Made by a program: the position numbers and the translations under genes
Notes under the pieces: generated by a model
Told to the model about the DNA's origin: nothing
Database searches by the model: none
What the model saw: only the letters and a program-made list of their open reading frames with translations
Assembly (NCBI RefSeq): GCF_009914755.1
Contig: NC_060927.1
DNA from: the human T2T-CHM13v2.0 reference genome, Homo sapiens
DNA length: 64,000 bases
Reading direction: 5' to 3' (one strand)
Part shown: positions 38,458 to 54,945 of the stretch, piece by piece
How positions within the stretch are numbered: the first letter of the stretch is position 1
How the letters are laid out: each line of letters starts with the position of its first letter

Positions 38458-41400
38458 AAACAATGAAAACTTTTTTCGGAGGTTCCAAGATGGTCAAATA
38501 GGAACAGCTCCAGTATACAGCTCCCAGTGTGAGTGATGCAGAAGACGGGTGATTTCTGCATTTCCAGCTGATGTACCGGGTTCATCTCACGGGGGCTTGT
38601 TGGACAGTGGGTGCAGGACAGTGGGTGCAGCCCACGGACTGTGAGCTGAAGCAGGGTGAGGCAAAGTGCAAGGGATCAGGGAATTCCCTTTCCTAGCCAA
38701 GAGAAGCCCTGACAGATGGGACCTGGAAAATCGGGTCACTCCCACCCTCATACTGCACTTTTCCAATGCTCTTAGCAAACGGCACACCAGGAGATTATAT
38801 CACGTGCCTGGCTTGGAGGGTCCCACACCCACGGAGCCTCACTCATTGCTAGCACAGCAGTCTGATATGGAACTGCAAGGCAGCAGCAAGGCTGGGGGAG
38901 GGGCGCCCGCCATTGCTGAGACTTGAGTGGGTAAACAAAGCTGGCGGGAAGCTTGAACTGGGTGGAGCCCACCACAGCTCAAGGAGGCCTGCCTGCCTCT
39001 GTAAACTCCACCTCTGGGGGCAGGGCATAGCTGAACAAAAGGCAGCAGAAACTTCTGCAGACTTAAACGTCCCTGTCTGACAGCTTTGAAGAGAGTAGTG
39101 GATCTCCCAGGACGGAGTTTGAGATCTGAGAACAGACAGAGTGCCTCCTCAAGTGGGTCCCTGTCCCCGAGTAGCCTAACTGGGAGGCACCTCCCAGTAG
39201 GGGCCAACTGACACCTCATACGGCCGGATGCCCCTCTGAGACGAAGCTTCCAGAGGAACGATCAGGCAGCTACGTTTGCTGTTCTGTAGTATTTGCGGTT
39301 CTGCAGCCTCCGCTGGTGACACCCAGGAAAACAGGGTCTGGAGTGGACCTCCAGCAAACTCCAACAGACCTGCAGCTGAGGGTCTTGACTGTTAGAAGGA
39401 AGACTAACAAACAGAAAGGGCATCCGCACCAAAACCACATCTGTATGTCACCATCATCAAAGACCAAAAGTAGATAAAAACACAAAGATGGGGAGAAACC
39501 AGAGCAGAAAAGCTAAAAATTCTAAAAATCAGAGTGCCTCTTTTCCTCCAAAGGAATGCAGCTCCTTGCCAGCAACGGAACAAAGCTGGACGGAGAATGA
39601 CTTTGACGAGTTGAGAGAAGAAGGCTTCAGACAATCGGTAATAACAAACTTCTCAGAGCTAAAGGAGGATGTTTGAACCCATCACAAAGAAGCTAAAAAC
39701 CTTGAAAAAAGATTAGATAAATGGCTAACTAGAATAACCAGCACAGAGAAGACCTTAAATGACCTGATGGAGCTGAAAACCATGGCAGAGAACTACGTGA
39801 TGCATGCACAAGCTTCAGTAGGGGATTTGATCAAGTGGAAGAAAGGGTATCAGTGATTGAAGATCAAATGAATGAAATGAAGTGAGAAGAGAAGTTTAGA
39901 GAAAAAAGAGTAAAAAGAAATGAATAAAGCCTCCAAGAAATACGGGACTATGTGAAAAGACCAAATCTACGTCTGATTGGTGTACGTGAAAGTGATGGGG
40001 AGAATGGAACCAAGTTGGAAAACACTCCGTAGGATATTATCCAGGAGAACTTCCCCAATCTAGCAAGGCAGGCCAACATTCAAATTCAGGAAATACAGAG
40101 AACACCACAAAGATACGCCTCGAGAAGAGCAACTCCAAGACACATAATTGTCAGATTCACCAAAGTTGAAATGAAGGAAAAAATGTTAAGGGCAGCCAGA
40201 GAGAAAGTTCAGGTTACCCATAAAGGGAAGCCCATCAGACTAACAGCAGATCTCTTGGCAGAAACTCTTACAAGCCAGAAGAGAGTGGGGGCTAATATTC
40301 AACATTCTTAGAGAAAAGAATTTTCAACCCAGAATTTCATATGCAGCCAAACTAAGCTTCATAAGTGAAGGAGAAATAAAATCCTTTATAGACAAGCAAA
40401 TGCTGAGAGATTTTCTTACCACCAGGCTTGCCTTACAAGAACTCCTGAAGGAAGCACTAAACATGGAAAGGAACAACTGGTACCAGCCACTGCAAAAACA
40501 TGCCAAATTGTAAAGACCATCAATGGTAGGAAGAAACTGCATCAACTAACGAGCAAAATAACCAGCTAACATCATAATGACATGATCAAATTCACACAAA
40601 ACAATATTAACCTTAAATGTAAATGGGCTAAATGCTCCAATTAAAAGACATAGACTGGCAAATTGGATAAAGAGTCAAGACCCATCAGTGTGCTGTATTG
40701 AGGAAACCCATCTCACGTGCAGGGACATACATAGGCTCAAAATAAAAGGATGGAGGAAGATTTACCAAGCCAATGGAAAACAAAAAAAAGGCAGGGGTTG
40801 CAATCCTAGTCTCTGATAAAACAGACATTAAACCAACAAAGATCAGAAGAGACGAAGGCCATTACATAATGGTAAAGGGATCAATTCAACAAGAAGAGCT
40901 AACTATCCTAAATATATATGTACCCAATACAGGAGCACCCAGATTCATAAAGCAAGTCCTTAGAGACCTACAAAGAGGCTTAGACTCCCACACAAATATC
41001 ATGGGAGACTTTAACACCCCACTGTCAACATTAGACAGATCCACAAGACAGAAAGTTAACAAGGATATCCAGGAATTGAACTCAGCTCTGCACCAAGCGG
41101 ACCTAATAGACATCTACAGAACTCTCCACCCCAAATCAACAGAATATACATTCTTCTCAGCACCACATCACACTTACTCCAAATTGACCACATAGTTGGA
41201 ATTAAAGCACTCCTCAGCAAATGTAAAAGAATAGAAATTATAAGAAACTGTCTCTCAGACCACAATGCAATCAAACTAGAACTCAGTATTAAGAAACTCA
41301 CTCAAAACTGCTCAACTACATGGAAACTGAACAACTTGCTCCTGAATGACTACTGGGTACATAACAAAATGAAGGCAGAAATAAAGATCTTCTTTGAAAC

Positions 41401-41615
41401 CAATGAGAACAAAGAGATAACATACCAGAATCTCTGGGACACATTTAAAGCAGTGTGTAGAGGGAAATTTATAGCACTAAATGCCCACAAGAGAAAGCAG
41501 GGAAGATCTAAAATTGATGTCCTAACATCACAATTAAAAGAACTAGAGAAGGAAGAGCAAACAAATTCAAGAGCTAGCAGAAGTCAAAAAATAACTAAGA
41601 TCAGAGCAGAACTGA

Positions 41616-42290
<675 letters not shown>

Positions 42291-42377
42291 TAAATCCATA
42301 AAGGTAATTCATCACATAAACAGAACCAAAGAGAAAAACCATATGATTATCTTAATAGATGCAGAAAAGGCCTCTGA

Positions 42378-43775
<1,398 letters not shown>

Positions 43776-44436
43776 AGGGTATGAACATATGGTTTTCAAA
43801 AGAAGACATTTATGCAGCCAACAGACACATGAAAAAATGCTCATCATCAGTGATCATCAGATAAATGCAAATCAAAACCACAATGAGATACCATCTCACA
43901 CCAGTTAGAACGGCGATCATTAAAAGGTCAGGAAACTGCAGGTGCTGGAGAGGATGTGGAGAAATAGGAACACTTTTACACTGTTGATGGGACTGTAAAC
44001 TTGTTCAACCATTGTGGAAGACAGCGTGGCAATTCCTCAAGGATCTAGAACTAGAAATACCATTTGACCCAGCAATCCCATTACTGGATATGTACCCAAA
44101 GGATTATAAATCATGCTGCTATAAAGACACTTGCACATGTATGTTTATTGCAACACTATTCACAATAGCAAAGACTTGGAACCAACCCAAATGTCCATCA
44201 ATGATAGATTGGATTAAGAAAATGTGGCACATACACACCATGGAATACTATGCAGCCATAAAAAATGAGGAGTTCATGTCCTTTGCAGGGACATGGAAAG
44301 CTGGAAGCCATCATTCTTAGCAAAGTATCACAAGGACAGAAAACCAAACACCGCATGTTCTCACTCATAGGTGGGAATTGAACAGTGAGAACACTTGGAC
44401 ATAGGATGGGGAACATCACACACTGGGGCCTGTCAT

Positions 44437-44458
44437 GGGGTGGGGGGAGGGGGGAGGG
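44437..44458 (+). other. G-quadruplex-forming tract in the L1 3'UTR
   Basis: GGGGTGGGGGGAGGGGGGAGGG: four G-runs, a known L1PA 3'UTR feature. Confidence 0.75.
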
Positions 44459-45079
44459 ATAGCATTAGGAGATATACCTAATGTAAATGACGAGTTAATG
44501 GGTCCAGCACACCAACATGGCACATGTATACATATGTAACAAACCTGCACGTTGTGCACATGTACCCTAGAACTTAAAGTATAATAATAGTAATAAAAAA
44601 AGAAAACTTTTGTCAATGCTTTTATCATTTTGGAATCAATGAAAACTTTTATATTAAACAATGAAAACTTTTATCGAAGAAATTAAAATTGTTTCTTTCC
44701 TGAAGAGACCTCTTGAAATGTCAATATCAACTGCCTGAGACTTCTCTAAAGATTTTCTTAATGATTAAACTGACAATAAAATTGGAATGGGATGATGTGT
44801 GTGCTGTAAGGAGGGCCTCACTCCACCCAATCAATTAATAGATTTTGTTCTTAAAATCCATTTCTGTTCTACTTGGATATAAAATATTAGGAATCTTTGT
44901 TCCTAATATTTTCTTTTTAGGAAATAAATTCCTGAATTAATTATCTCAAAATATATTTTATGGCTTTATTTTTGATTATAGAAAGAAACTGTTAACTGTA
45001 AAAAACATAGAAATTATAGAAGAGATTAAATCCAATGAGTCTATTTCCTGAAAAACAGTTTATATTTTATAATATTTTT

Positions 45080-45172
45080 GTATTATGTATGTAAGTGTGT
45101 ATGTAATGTATATGTCTATGTGTATCTATGTGTGTATGTATATATGTATATGTGTATATACACACATACATG
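45080..45172. repeat. (TG/TA)n low-complexity repeat
   Basis: Seen directly. Confidence 0.85.
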
Positions 45173-45249
45173 ATTCAGACCATACTTTTTATTGTAGAAG
45201 TTTGGAACATACAAAAAGGATGAAAGAAAGATAATAGTGATTTATTTAC

Positions 45250-46672
45250 TTAAAATTTTTTCTACTTTTATTTTACATACAGGGGTACATGTGCATATTT
45301 ATTACATGGGAATGTTGTGTGGTGCTCAGGTTTGGAGTATGAATCCTTTCACCCTGTTAGTGAGCATAGTATCTGATAGGTATTTTTTAAACCTGCCTTC
45401 TAGTAGTCCACAGTGTCTATTTTTCCCACATTTATGTCCATATGTGCTCAATGCTTAGCTCTCACTTATAAGTGAGAACATGCAGTATATGATTTTCTGT
45501 TCCTGCACTAATTTGTTTAGGATTATGACCTCCAGCTACATTGCAAAGGACATGATTTCATTCTTTTTTATGGCTGTGTAGTATTCCATGGTGTATATGT
45601 AACACATTTTCTTTATCAAATTCACCATTGAGGGCCAGGTTGATTCCATATCTTTGCTATTGTGAATAACACTGCAATGAATGCACAAGTGCATGTGTCT
45701 TTTGGCAGAATGATTTATATTCCTTTGGGTATATACCCAGTACTGGATTGCTGGGTTGAATGGTAGCACTCTTTTAAGTTCTTTGTTTTTTTTTTTTTGA
45801 AACTGAGTCTCACTCTGTTGCCGAGGCTGGAGTGCAGTGGTGCGATCTTGGCTTACTGCATCTCTACCTCCTGGGTCAAGTGATTCTCCTGCCTCAGCCT
45901 CCCGAGTAGCTGAGATCACAGGCATGTGCTACCATGCCCGGTTAGTTTTTTTGTATTTTTAGTAGAGAGGGCATTTCACCATGTTGGCCAGGCTGGTCTT
46001 GAACTCCTGACCTCAAATCATCCGCCCACCTCGGCCTCCCAAAATGTTGAGATTACAGGTGTGAGCCACCTCGCCCGGCCTGTTTTAAGTTCTTTGAGAA
46101 GCATCCAGACTACTTTCCGCAGTGGCTGGACTAATTTACATTCCTACCAACAGTTTATAAGCATTCCCTTTTCTCTGCATCCTTGCCAACATCTGCTGTT
46201 TTCTGACTTTTTGATAAAAGCAGTTCTGACTGGTGTGGAAATTGTATCTCATTGTGGTTTTGACTAGCATTTCTCTGATGATTAGCGGTGCTGAGCATTT
46301 TTTTCATATGTTCGTTGGCCACTTATATGTCTTTGTTTGTCGTTTGCGTTTTTTTTTTAAATGGGGTTGTTTTTTGCTTGTTGATTTGCTTAAGTTCCCT
46401 ATAGTTCTATACGCCCAAAGATTTTATGTCTTTGTCAGATACATAGTTTGTGACTATCTTCTCCAATTCTGTAGGTTGTCTGTTTGCTCCGTTGAGAATT
46501 TCTTTTGCTGTGCAGCAGCTTTTTAGTTTAACTAAGTCTCACTTCTCTATTTTTATTTTTGTTGCAATTGCTTTTCGTGACTTAGCCAGAAATTCCTTGC
46601 CAAGGCTGATGTTGAGAAGAGTATTTCCTAGATTGTTTTCAAGAATTTTTATAGTTTGAGGTATTACATTTA
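45250..46672 (-). mobile_element. 5'-truncated old L1 (L1PA15/16-like) 3' end with Alu insertion
   Basis: L1 3'UTR (aggggtacatgtgca...cacttataagtgagaacatgc) followed by degenerate ORF2 C-terminal DNA. Confidence 0.88.
45786..46082 (-). mobile_element. Alu (AluSx/Sz-like)
   Basis: Full dimer; 14-bp TSD ttttaagttctttg at 45772-45785 and 46083-46096. Confidence 0.96.
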
Positions 46673-46689
46673 AATAATTCTATTAAAAA

Positions 46690-47071
46690 CTTTTTAAATG
46701 TTAGATTTAGGAGGTACATGTGTAGGTTTGTTACATGAATATGTTGCATAATGCTGGGGTTTGGGCTCCTATTGAACCTATCCTTCAAATAGTGAACATA
46801 GTATCTAATAGGTAATTGTTCAACTCTTGCCCCAGCCCTCTCTTTCTTCTTTTGAAGTCCCCAATGTCTATTGTTTTCATCTTTGTGTCCATATGTACCC
46901 ATTTTTTAGCTCCTACTTATAAGAGAACTTGCAGTATTTGATTTGATTTTCTGTTTCTGCATTAATTCACTTAGGATAATGGTCTCCAGCTGTATTGATG
47001 TTGCTGCAAAGGACATGACTTTATACTTTTTTATGGCTGTGTAGTATTCTATGATGTATATGTCCCACATT
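46690..47071 (-). mobile_element. Second old L1 3'UTR fragment (L1PA16/L1PB-like)
   Basis: gaggtacatgtgtaggtttgttacatg...ttttatggctgtgtagtattc. Confidence 0.85.
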
Positions 47072-47479
47072 GAAAGAAAATAATTCTTAATCCCTCCTAC
47101 CAAAGGTTTTTAATCTTACCTATTAAAATTCTTCCAGGCTTTTTCTTTTTAATACACATACAATATGAGTAAGTGTTTAGAATCCTTGATGGAATATTCA
47201 GTATTTGTGACTTCACTCTGAATTCACATTTCCAGGAGGAAAAGTTTGAATACCTTCATCTTAGATTGGCAAGAGAAGGGGGATAATAGTCTCACCAAAA
47301 GGAATAGAAGTGTAAGTCCTGAAAAGAAAAAAAAAAAACGTGATTTTATCAGAAGAAGGAGAAGATAGTGTAGTGGACAATCATAGACAATAGATGCTCA
47401 CTTCAGTACCTAGGTATGTATATATTTTAAATGATATTCTAGTGTTCCATATTTTGTTCCTTTTTGTTTTCTTTTTAGT

Positions 47480-48345
<866 letters not shown>

Positions 48346-48819
48346 TTTGTTTTATATTTTATTCAGTTTTTAATATGTCAAACTTTATAATTACATGTTA
48401 TTTAACTTTTCTAAACAAGTTAGTTTTCATTTGTGACATAGTATTTTATCATATAGATACAAATAATGTATTTAATTAATCATTTATTTGCTGATATGTA
48501 TATTATACATATTCTAGATTCTTTCTATTCTGTTTTTTTTTTCAGTCTTAAATCTGATTTTGTAAGAAAGCCTAATGTTCTGTCCTTTTGTGTTCCAAGG
48601 AATGAGTAGTATATGTGTGTGGGTATGTCTGTGAGTGTATGTCTGTATGGTTGGCAGGTGCAGGGTGGGTGGTGGTGATAATTTTAGCCACTTGCCTCGA
48701 TCTTCTTTAAAATGTTCATGCTCAAGGTCTTAAAATATACATTTTATGATGAAAGTGTTAATTATCTGTCATATAAAATTTTCATTGTCTTTCCTTTTAA
48801 GTTATATATGTTTTGTTGG

Positions 48820-48942
48820 GCCCTTTCTTGGACTGGAGTTTTTGAGAAACAGACTCTGAGAGAGATTTGCATACAGGAGATTTATAGGGAAGTACCCTAA
48901 GCAACAAAATATGTGAGTGAGTCTGAGGAGAGTAGGACTGTT
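48820..48942 (-). mobile_element. Ancient ERVL LTR fragment (LTR33/LTR16-like)
   Basis: aaacagactctgagagagatttgcatacaggagatttataggg. Confidence 0.55.
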
Positions 48943-48944
48943 TT

Positions 48945-49730
48945 TCACATTGAGCAGGCCAGTATGAAGGATGCTTCAGGGGATCATCTGTGTATCAGAT
49001 TACAGAATGATTCACAAGCATATTACCATGCAATACAAAGACTTTGACACATTGTGTTCATTCCTCTATGTCAATCCACATGCCTCTTTTCCAGACTTCC
49101 CTGTACCAGACATCCAGGGGTTTTTTCCTTCTATGTGTTGATTAACCAGTAAAGTCCTTTGCCATTGCTCATGAAACTATATATATATATATGTGTATGG
49201 GCCACTTTTCATTCCACACAAAGCAGATGGCTGGGTACACCTGCTGAAGCTCTGCCCATTGTGAGAAATTTTCTTTTTTGCTTTTTTTTTTTTCAAAGTC
49301 ACCTCTGAGTGAGATGTAGCAGCTGTCAATTTTCAACTTGTGCTCACCTACTGAGTCAGTCTTTTCATGAATGAAGAATTTTTAGTATTTCTAATTCATC
49401 TAATGTATCGCTTTCTTGTGCATCTCAGGCCATCTGAGTGGCATGTTAGACCATCTCCCAGTGTTCTTGCAGGATGTTAAATCCTGCTTCACAGGATAGT
49501 ACTCCCATATTGATAAACTCTCTCTTACCAACTGTATGTTCCAAGACTCCTTGTTCTAGCCCCTTTAGATCCAGTTCTACATATGCTCTCCATGCTCCTG
49601 CTATTGAATGTGTCATATAACCCGTATTCTAGGCAACCTAGTTCAAGAGTGCCTTGGTCCTGAAGGAGATCTGAGCTGCATGTCACAGGCTCTCTTTTAT
49701 ATGAGGGTCATCTTTCATTGATCATTATTT
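48945..49730 (-). mobile_element. ERVL-class internal pol remnant (RNase H region)
   Basis: Minus strand near 49200-49270 reads SQWAELQQVYPAICFVWNEKWP, similar to the ERVL RNase H motif SQWAEL..V...VWKEKWP. Confidence 0.7.
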
Positions 49731-49759
49731 TTCTGCATAAAGGAGCACATTTATATTAT

Positions 49760-49990
49760 AATAACCATAGTTTCCCTTTACTGAGAACCTACTATGTACT
49801 ACATTATGTGTCTATTAATTAATGATTTACTAACTTTACTAATTTTTACACATACTCTTCCAGGTAAGTATGCTATAATTTTACAAATGTGGTAACTAAA
49901 GTTTAGTGAAGTAGTCATTTACTCATGGTCACAGACATAGCTAGTGTTTAAACTGAGGTCAAAATAACTTCAAAACCTATACTTGTGCCC
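49760..49990 (-). mobile_element. MIR-like SINE
   Basis: tttactgagaacctactatgt...attttacaaatgtggtaactaaag...atggtcacag. Confidence 0.6.
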
Positions 49991-50734
49991 TGCATTGCTT
50001 GAGATAAAGTTTCACTGTTTTAAAACAAATTAATTGTGGGCCTAGTCTTCAATTAACAGGGCAGTAAGGAAAACAATATTAGTTTTTATTTGGGGCTCCT
50101 CCATATGGTTCTATAAGACTTGAGTTGGGGCAAGTTGTGATGAGTAAGTGATCTGATCCATAGCCCAGCATGTCTTGATCATTACCACAGTTTAGTCTGC
50201 TGCACAATACTTTGCACATACTTGTCTTCTGTTATTTTTCTGGTAGAGTTGTACTGGGCCATCTCAGATATCTCTGACTGGTCCTACTCATTGGTCCACA
50301 GAGGCCCCTGATGCTGCCCTCAAGGCCTAGGTTCTTAGAGGCCAACATCAGATACTCCTCTCCATCGTCCATCTGGGGTGCTGTGTGCGGCTGAAACATG
50401 GGTCTCCTTCACTTGCTGAAAATTCAACCCTATACAGCTCTAAGTCTGTGGGATGCTCACCCTCTCATTTCTTCCAGGCCACATTCTCATCTTTCATCTT
50501 TTTGCCCCCTTCCCCCACCTTTCTTAATTAAATTTAGCCACGTTCCTTTATGAAAATATTTGGAAAACAGAGGTTGTTAATTCTAATTTCTCTCATACTT
50601 CCACCCTAGGACTCAAAATCTTGGGTTTTTTTCTTGAGAAAGGAAAGAAAAATATAATAGCTTTCAGTTGCATCAAAGAGAAAAACAAAACATAGACTAA
50701 TATCCTGCTACAGTTTTAACATCTTGAAATTTGG

Positions 50735-50985
50735 TGATAATCATATTAGCTAACATCTACTGAGTGCATAAAATGTACCAGGAAGTGTTCGAAGGTTCTT
50801 TCTTTTAAAATTTATTTATCCTTACAGCAGCTCATGAGGTAGATACTCCCATTACCCACATTTTATAGATAAAGAGTTTGAGGCATAAAAGGTTAAATAT
50901 TGTGTTAAATCACATAGGTACCTAGTGGTAGAGTCAAGAGTTGAACCCCAGGCAGTTGATTCAAGCATTTGTGCTCATAAACATT
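50735..50985 (-). mobile_element. MIR SINE
   Basis: agctaacatctactgagtgc...cattttatagataaagag...gaggttaa-like core, ttgaaccccaggcag. Confidence 0.75.
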
Positions 50986-51315
50986 TTTGTATATTTTCTG
51001 TCATACCACCTACTAAAATCAAAGGCAGTTTGCTGATTTAGCAAGAAATGTTTTTGGTCATACATACAAAACATTTTAGCTATGGATCAGAAATTGGGAA
51101 TTAAGTCCAATTCTCACTTGAGCTTACACTGGACACTTGGAAAAGTGTTCTAATTTCTTCACTCTGCTAGAGAAATGTATTTTAATTTCAAGTTTAACCT
51201 TCCATTGGTACCTTTGAAAGAGAAAACCTTTGCCTAACTTTAATGTTTCCTACATTAACATTTAGATAGAAATGTTTACATAGAAAAAAAGAGGATTGAA
51301 AGTGGAATTTATTTA

Positions 51316-51392
51316 TTATCTACCTATCACCTATTATATCCATCTATCATCTATGTTTATCTGTCTATTCATCTATTCATCCATCATCTATA
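51316..51392. repeat. Degenerate (CTAT)/(CATC)n microsatellite
   Basis: Seen directly. Confidence 0.8.
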
Positions 51393-52904
51393 ATTACTCC
51401 ATTGACATTGTTTGTGCTATTGGCAGCTTAGTTCTTTCTCCATTACTGAAGTTACCATGAGCTGAGTAAAAGTCCATGATAAAAATCACAGACTTTTTAT
51501 TCTCAAAATTCTTTTCAGAATTGACTAAAGCCACCACATTAAAAAGAAAACTGTCAGGATCAGGAGTGCTGGTACTGCCCTTTTACTCTGCTTACAGTTA
51601 TGCAACAGTTCCTCTGATAATTTCTGCTTCCAGGAGGGAACAGTGGATTATAAAAGAGGAAAAGTACTAAAAGGTTTATTGAGAACACGTGTTTCTATTT
51701 AGAATTCATTTAAGTTGCCTGGCACAGTGCAGGAACTCACAAACATTAGTTAACTTCTGTGCTTCCCTAAGAATGTGGAGGAGGAAAAATGAATAGAAGG
51801 TAAAAGCAGGACTGTAGTTCAATAATTTAAAACTGTTCCAGAAATGCTTTCTTAACATTAAAAATGAAGAACTTAAAGGAACCCCACATGATAGAAACTT
51901 TGGAGAAGTATCAATAACGGCAAAACATTTTTGGGCTTCAGAGAACTGGGGCTTTGTTCTATTGGGTCTTGTCATTTGTCTTCTTCCTTGATGCTCTATT
52001 TCTTCACCTACAAGGTGGTTTTCTGTCACCTTGCTAGAGGCTGTGTAGAGATAAGATCATGTTTGTAAAGCAATCTGCAGTGCCTGTTTGGGTTTTCTCG
52101 CATAATTTATTGCTTCCACAGGTGATTGAAGTCTGCAGCTGGTAACAGGGATTCTGCAAGGTTACTGGGATGTCATTCACTCATCTGGGAGGTCTTTGTG
52201 CCCCCCAACTTACTCTGGCTGTTTATGTCACCTTATTGTTGGGAGCATGTCTTATTCTATCCATTAGCATAAAGGTGTTCAGAGTTAATGATGAGTAAAC
52301 AATATATATTTTATGTGTTTTACAGGTAATTACCTTTCCTTTGCATCTTAGGTGGAACAATTTGACTGTGTTCACAACTATTATTTGAACACATTTTAAA
52401 AATTGCTTTGGTCATTATTTCAGGCACTTGTAAAGTTGCCCCCTAAGATTTCTGCTAAAAGTCCTATGCATTTAGATTCATGGCTATGCTTCTGGGCATT
52501 CTCGTGTTTGAGAAAAACATAAATATCTGCCAAAGTGCAATGGGTAGTTTTGGAAAAGAGATGATCACTCTATTCCTATCAATCTTATGGAAGTCCATTG
52601 TTTAATTCTTGGATCAGAGCCATTCACATACAGAAGACACAGATAATCCCTTAGGCATGAAAGGTTACTTCCTAAGTTGCTCATTCAGTAGATTCCATTT
52701 GCATGAAAAGACAGGTCCTCAGTTTTCTCTGTATTGTTTGTATTGCTTTATTAGGAAAGCAGCATAGAAGTTTAGGTGAGAACAAGTGATTTTAACTTTT
52801 CATAGAACTGAGTCAAATCATGACTTTGCTACCCTTGAATTGTATGATGACAGTCAAACCCCTTATGTTCTTTCAGTTTCAGCTTCCTCACCCATGCCAT
52901 TCTT

Positions 52905-53207
52905 CTTTTTTTTTTTTTTTTTTTGAGATGGAGTCTCGCTCTGTTGCCCAGGCTGGAGTGCAGTGGCGCGATCTCGGCTCACTGAAAGCTCCACTTCCTG
53001 GGTTCAAGTCATTCTCCTGCCTCAACCTCCCGAGTAGCTGGGACTACAGGTGCCTGCCACCACGCCTGGCTAATTTTTTTTGTATTTTTAGTAGAGACAG
53101 GGTTTCACTGTGTTAGCCAGGATGGTCTCTATCTCCTGACCCCATGATCTGCCCGCCTCAACCTCCCAAAGTGCTGGGACTACAGGCGTGAGCCACCGCA
53201 CCCGGCC
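52905..53207 (-). mobile_element. Alu (AluY/Sc-like)
   Basis: Full dimer; TSD atgccattctt. Confidence 0.96.
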
Positions 53208-53634
53208 CACCTATGCCATTCTTAACTCAGTGTTGTCTTGCAAGTTAAATGACCCAGCACTTAGACATAAATGTTCACATACTAAATTTTTAATAAGTCT
53301 TGATTATTAAAATAATTTTTAATTACTAGCTTACTTACATTTAGTAGGCAAGAGATCTAGGATTTTATTTTGGCTTTATCCAAATTCAAAGCCTATAGAA
53401 GAACACAATATTGCCCCAGAATAATATAGGTTTGCACAAATACACACGAACTCAAATTTATATAGACACACACAAATGTATATACACACATGCTCATCCA
53501 CATAGAAACACACATGTGCACACATGCATGGATAAAAGAATACAAACTATTACATATGACTTATTGAGAGTAATATATGCATTGAGCATAATATACAGAT
53601 GTGTAAGTATGGGGTACTAGAAGTGGAATTGCCA

Positions 53635-53780
53635 GACCCATTGTACAGATGTGGGCACTGAGTCTTATAGAGGTTAAATAATTTGCCTGCCCAAGAAACC
53701 TCACTGAGTAAATGAGGAAGCTAAAATGTAATGCTAAGGCTTTATTCTGGCAAAGTACATGCTTTTAATTCATACGCTAT
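53635..53780 (-). mobile_element. MIR-like SINE fragment
   Basis: cccattgtacagatg...actgag...agaggttaaataatttgcc. Confidence 0.6.
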
Positions 53781-53984
53781 ACAGCTTCACAAACCAGCAT
53801 TTGGATTGGTGAATTTTATCTAGTCCAGGGTTTGGTTCTCAGTTCTGTACACTGAAAAACACAAGCTGTTAGCACACCAAGAATAAGCTTACTAACTAGG
53901 TTCAGAGAGACCAATGCATAAACCAGAGGAAGCTGATCCGTGTAGGCTCAGGCTTTATTTTTTAAATTTTCCATTTGCATGATT

Positions 53985-54525
53985 CAGATCTTTTTCTATG
54001 GAAAATTACAAAAGCCCAACTCAAGCTGGCTTATGCAAAACAAAATAAAGCAAGATAAAAGTGGCTGACTTTCATAACGAGAAAGAGCAGTGCTATCTTT
54101 AGAGACAAATAGTCTCAGATATTTAGATTAGGTGGCACAGATTCTATCCTGTCTTCTGGCATTGTTTTCATTTGCATTAGCTTTATGCTTAGGCAACCAA
54201 ATATGGCAAAATTGGCCATAACTTCAGGCTTATATTCTAGCAGTTTAGCAACTCTGTCAGGACGAGCACGTCTCATTCCAGATATTTGCAAATGGTTCCA
54301 GCAAAACTCCTATGGCTGATTCTCACTGATCTAGATTTGATCACATCCATCATGAAACCAATCAGAGTAGCTTTGCCTTATCTAGGCCTAAATCACATTC
54401 CTATTCCTGTATCTGGAAAGATGAATAATATTCACAAACATGAACTGAGGGAAATGAAAATGTTCTCTTCAGAAGAAGGCTGAATGATTGCCAGCTAGAC
54501 AAAAATAACAGGTATCTAAGTAATC
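53985..54525 (-). mobile_element. Ancient MLT1K/J-like LTR
   Basis: aaagcccaactcaagctggcttatgcaaaa...gatcacatccatcatgaaaccaatca. Confidence 0.5.
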
Positions 54526-54621
54526 TGATACACAGCCTAAAATACTTAGCCTGAAGAGGGAGCATTTTTCAAGGTGAGAAGTTGTACATGGAAAGTTAAA
54601 TTAAAACCAGAAGTTTTTTGG

Positions 54622-54945
54622 TGAGTGCCTTTGTTCAGGCAGCTACGATTAAAAAAACCGTAGACTGGGAGGCTTATAACCAACTGAAATTTATTTCTCA
54701 CAGTTCCAGAGACACAGAAGTCCAAGATCAAGGCACCAGAAGATTTTGTGTGGTGAGGGCCAGCTTTCTCAGCTACAGTTGTCTTCTCACTCTAACCTCA
54801 CAAGATGGAAAGGCAAGGGATCTCCTTTGAGCCTATTTTATAAGGACACTAATTGTATTCTCTCCTATGTAGAGGAGCATCAGACTTTTTGTTTTATTTG
54901 GGCCTTCAACTGATGAGATAAGGGCTCTCCTCATACACATTAGGG
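54622..54945 (-). mobile_element. MLT1A-like LTR fragment followed by a short MLT2-like fragment
   Basis: agactgggaggcttataa...atttatttctcacagttcc...aagtccaagatcaaggcacc; then ggccttcaactgat...acacattaggg. Confidence 0.7.

Noticed and set aside
49855-52335. Isolated splice-like motifs (caggtaagt at about 49861; acceptors at about 52121 and 52324)
   Set aside because: They do not pair into a convincing exon, and the first is inside a MIR.
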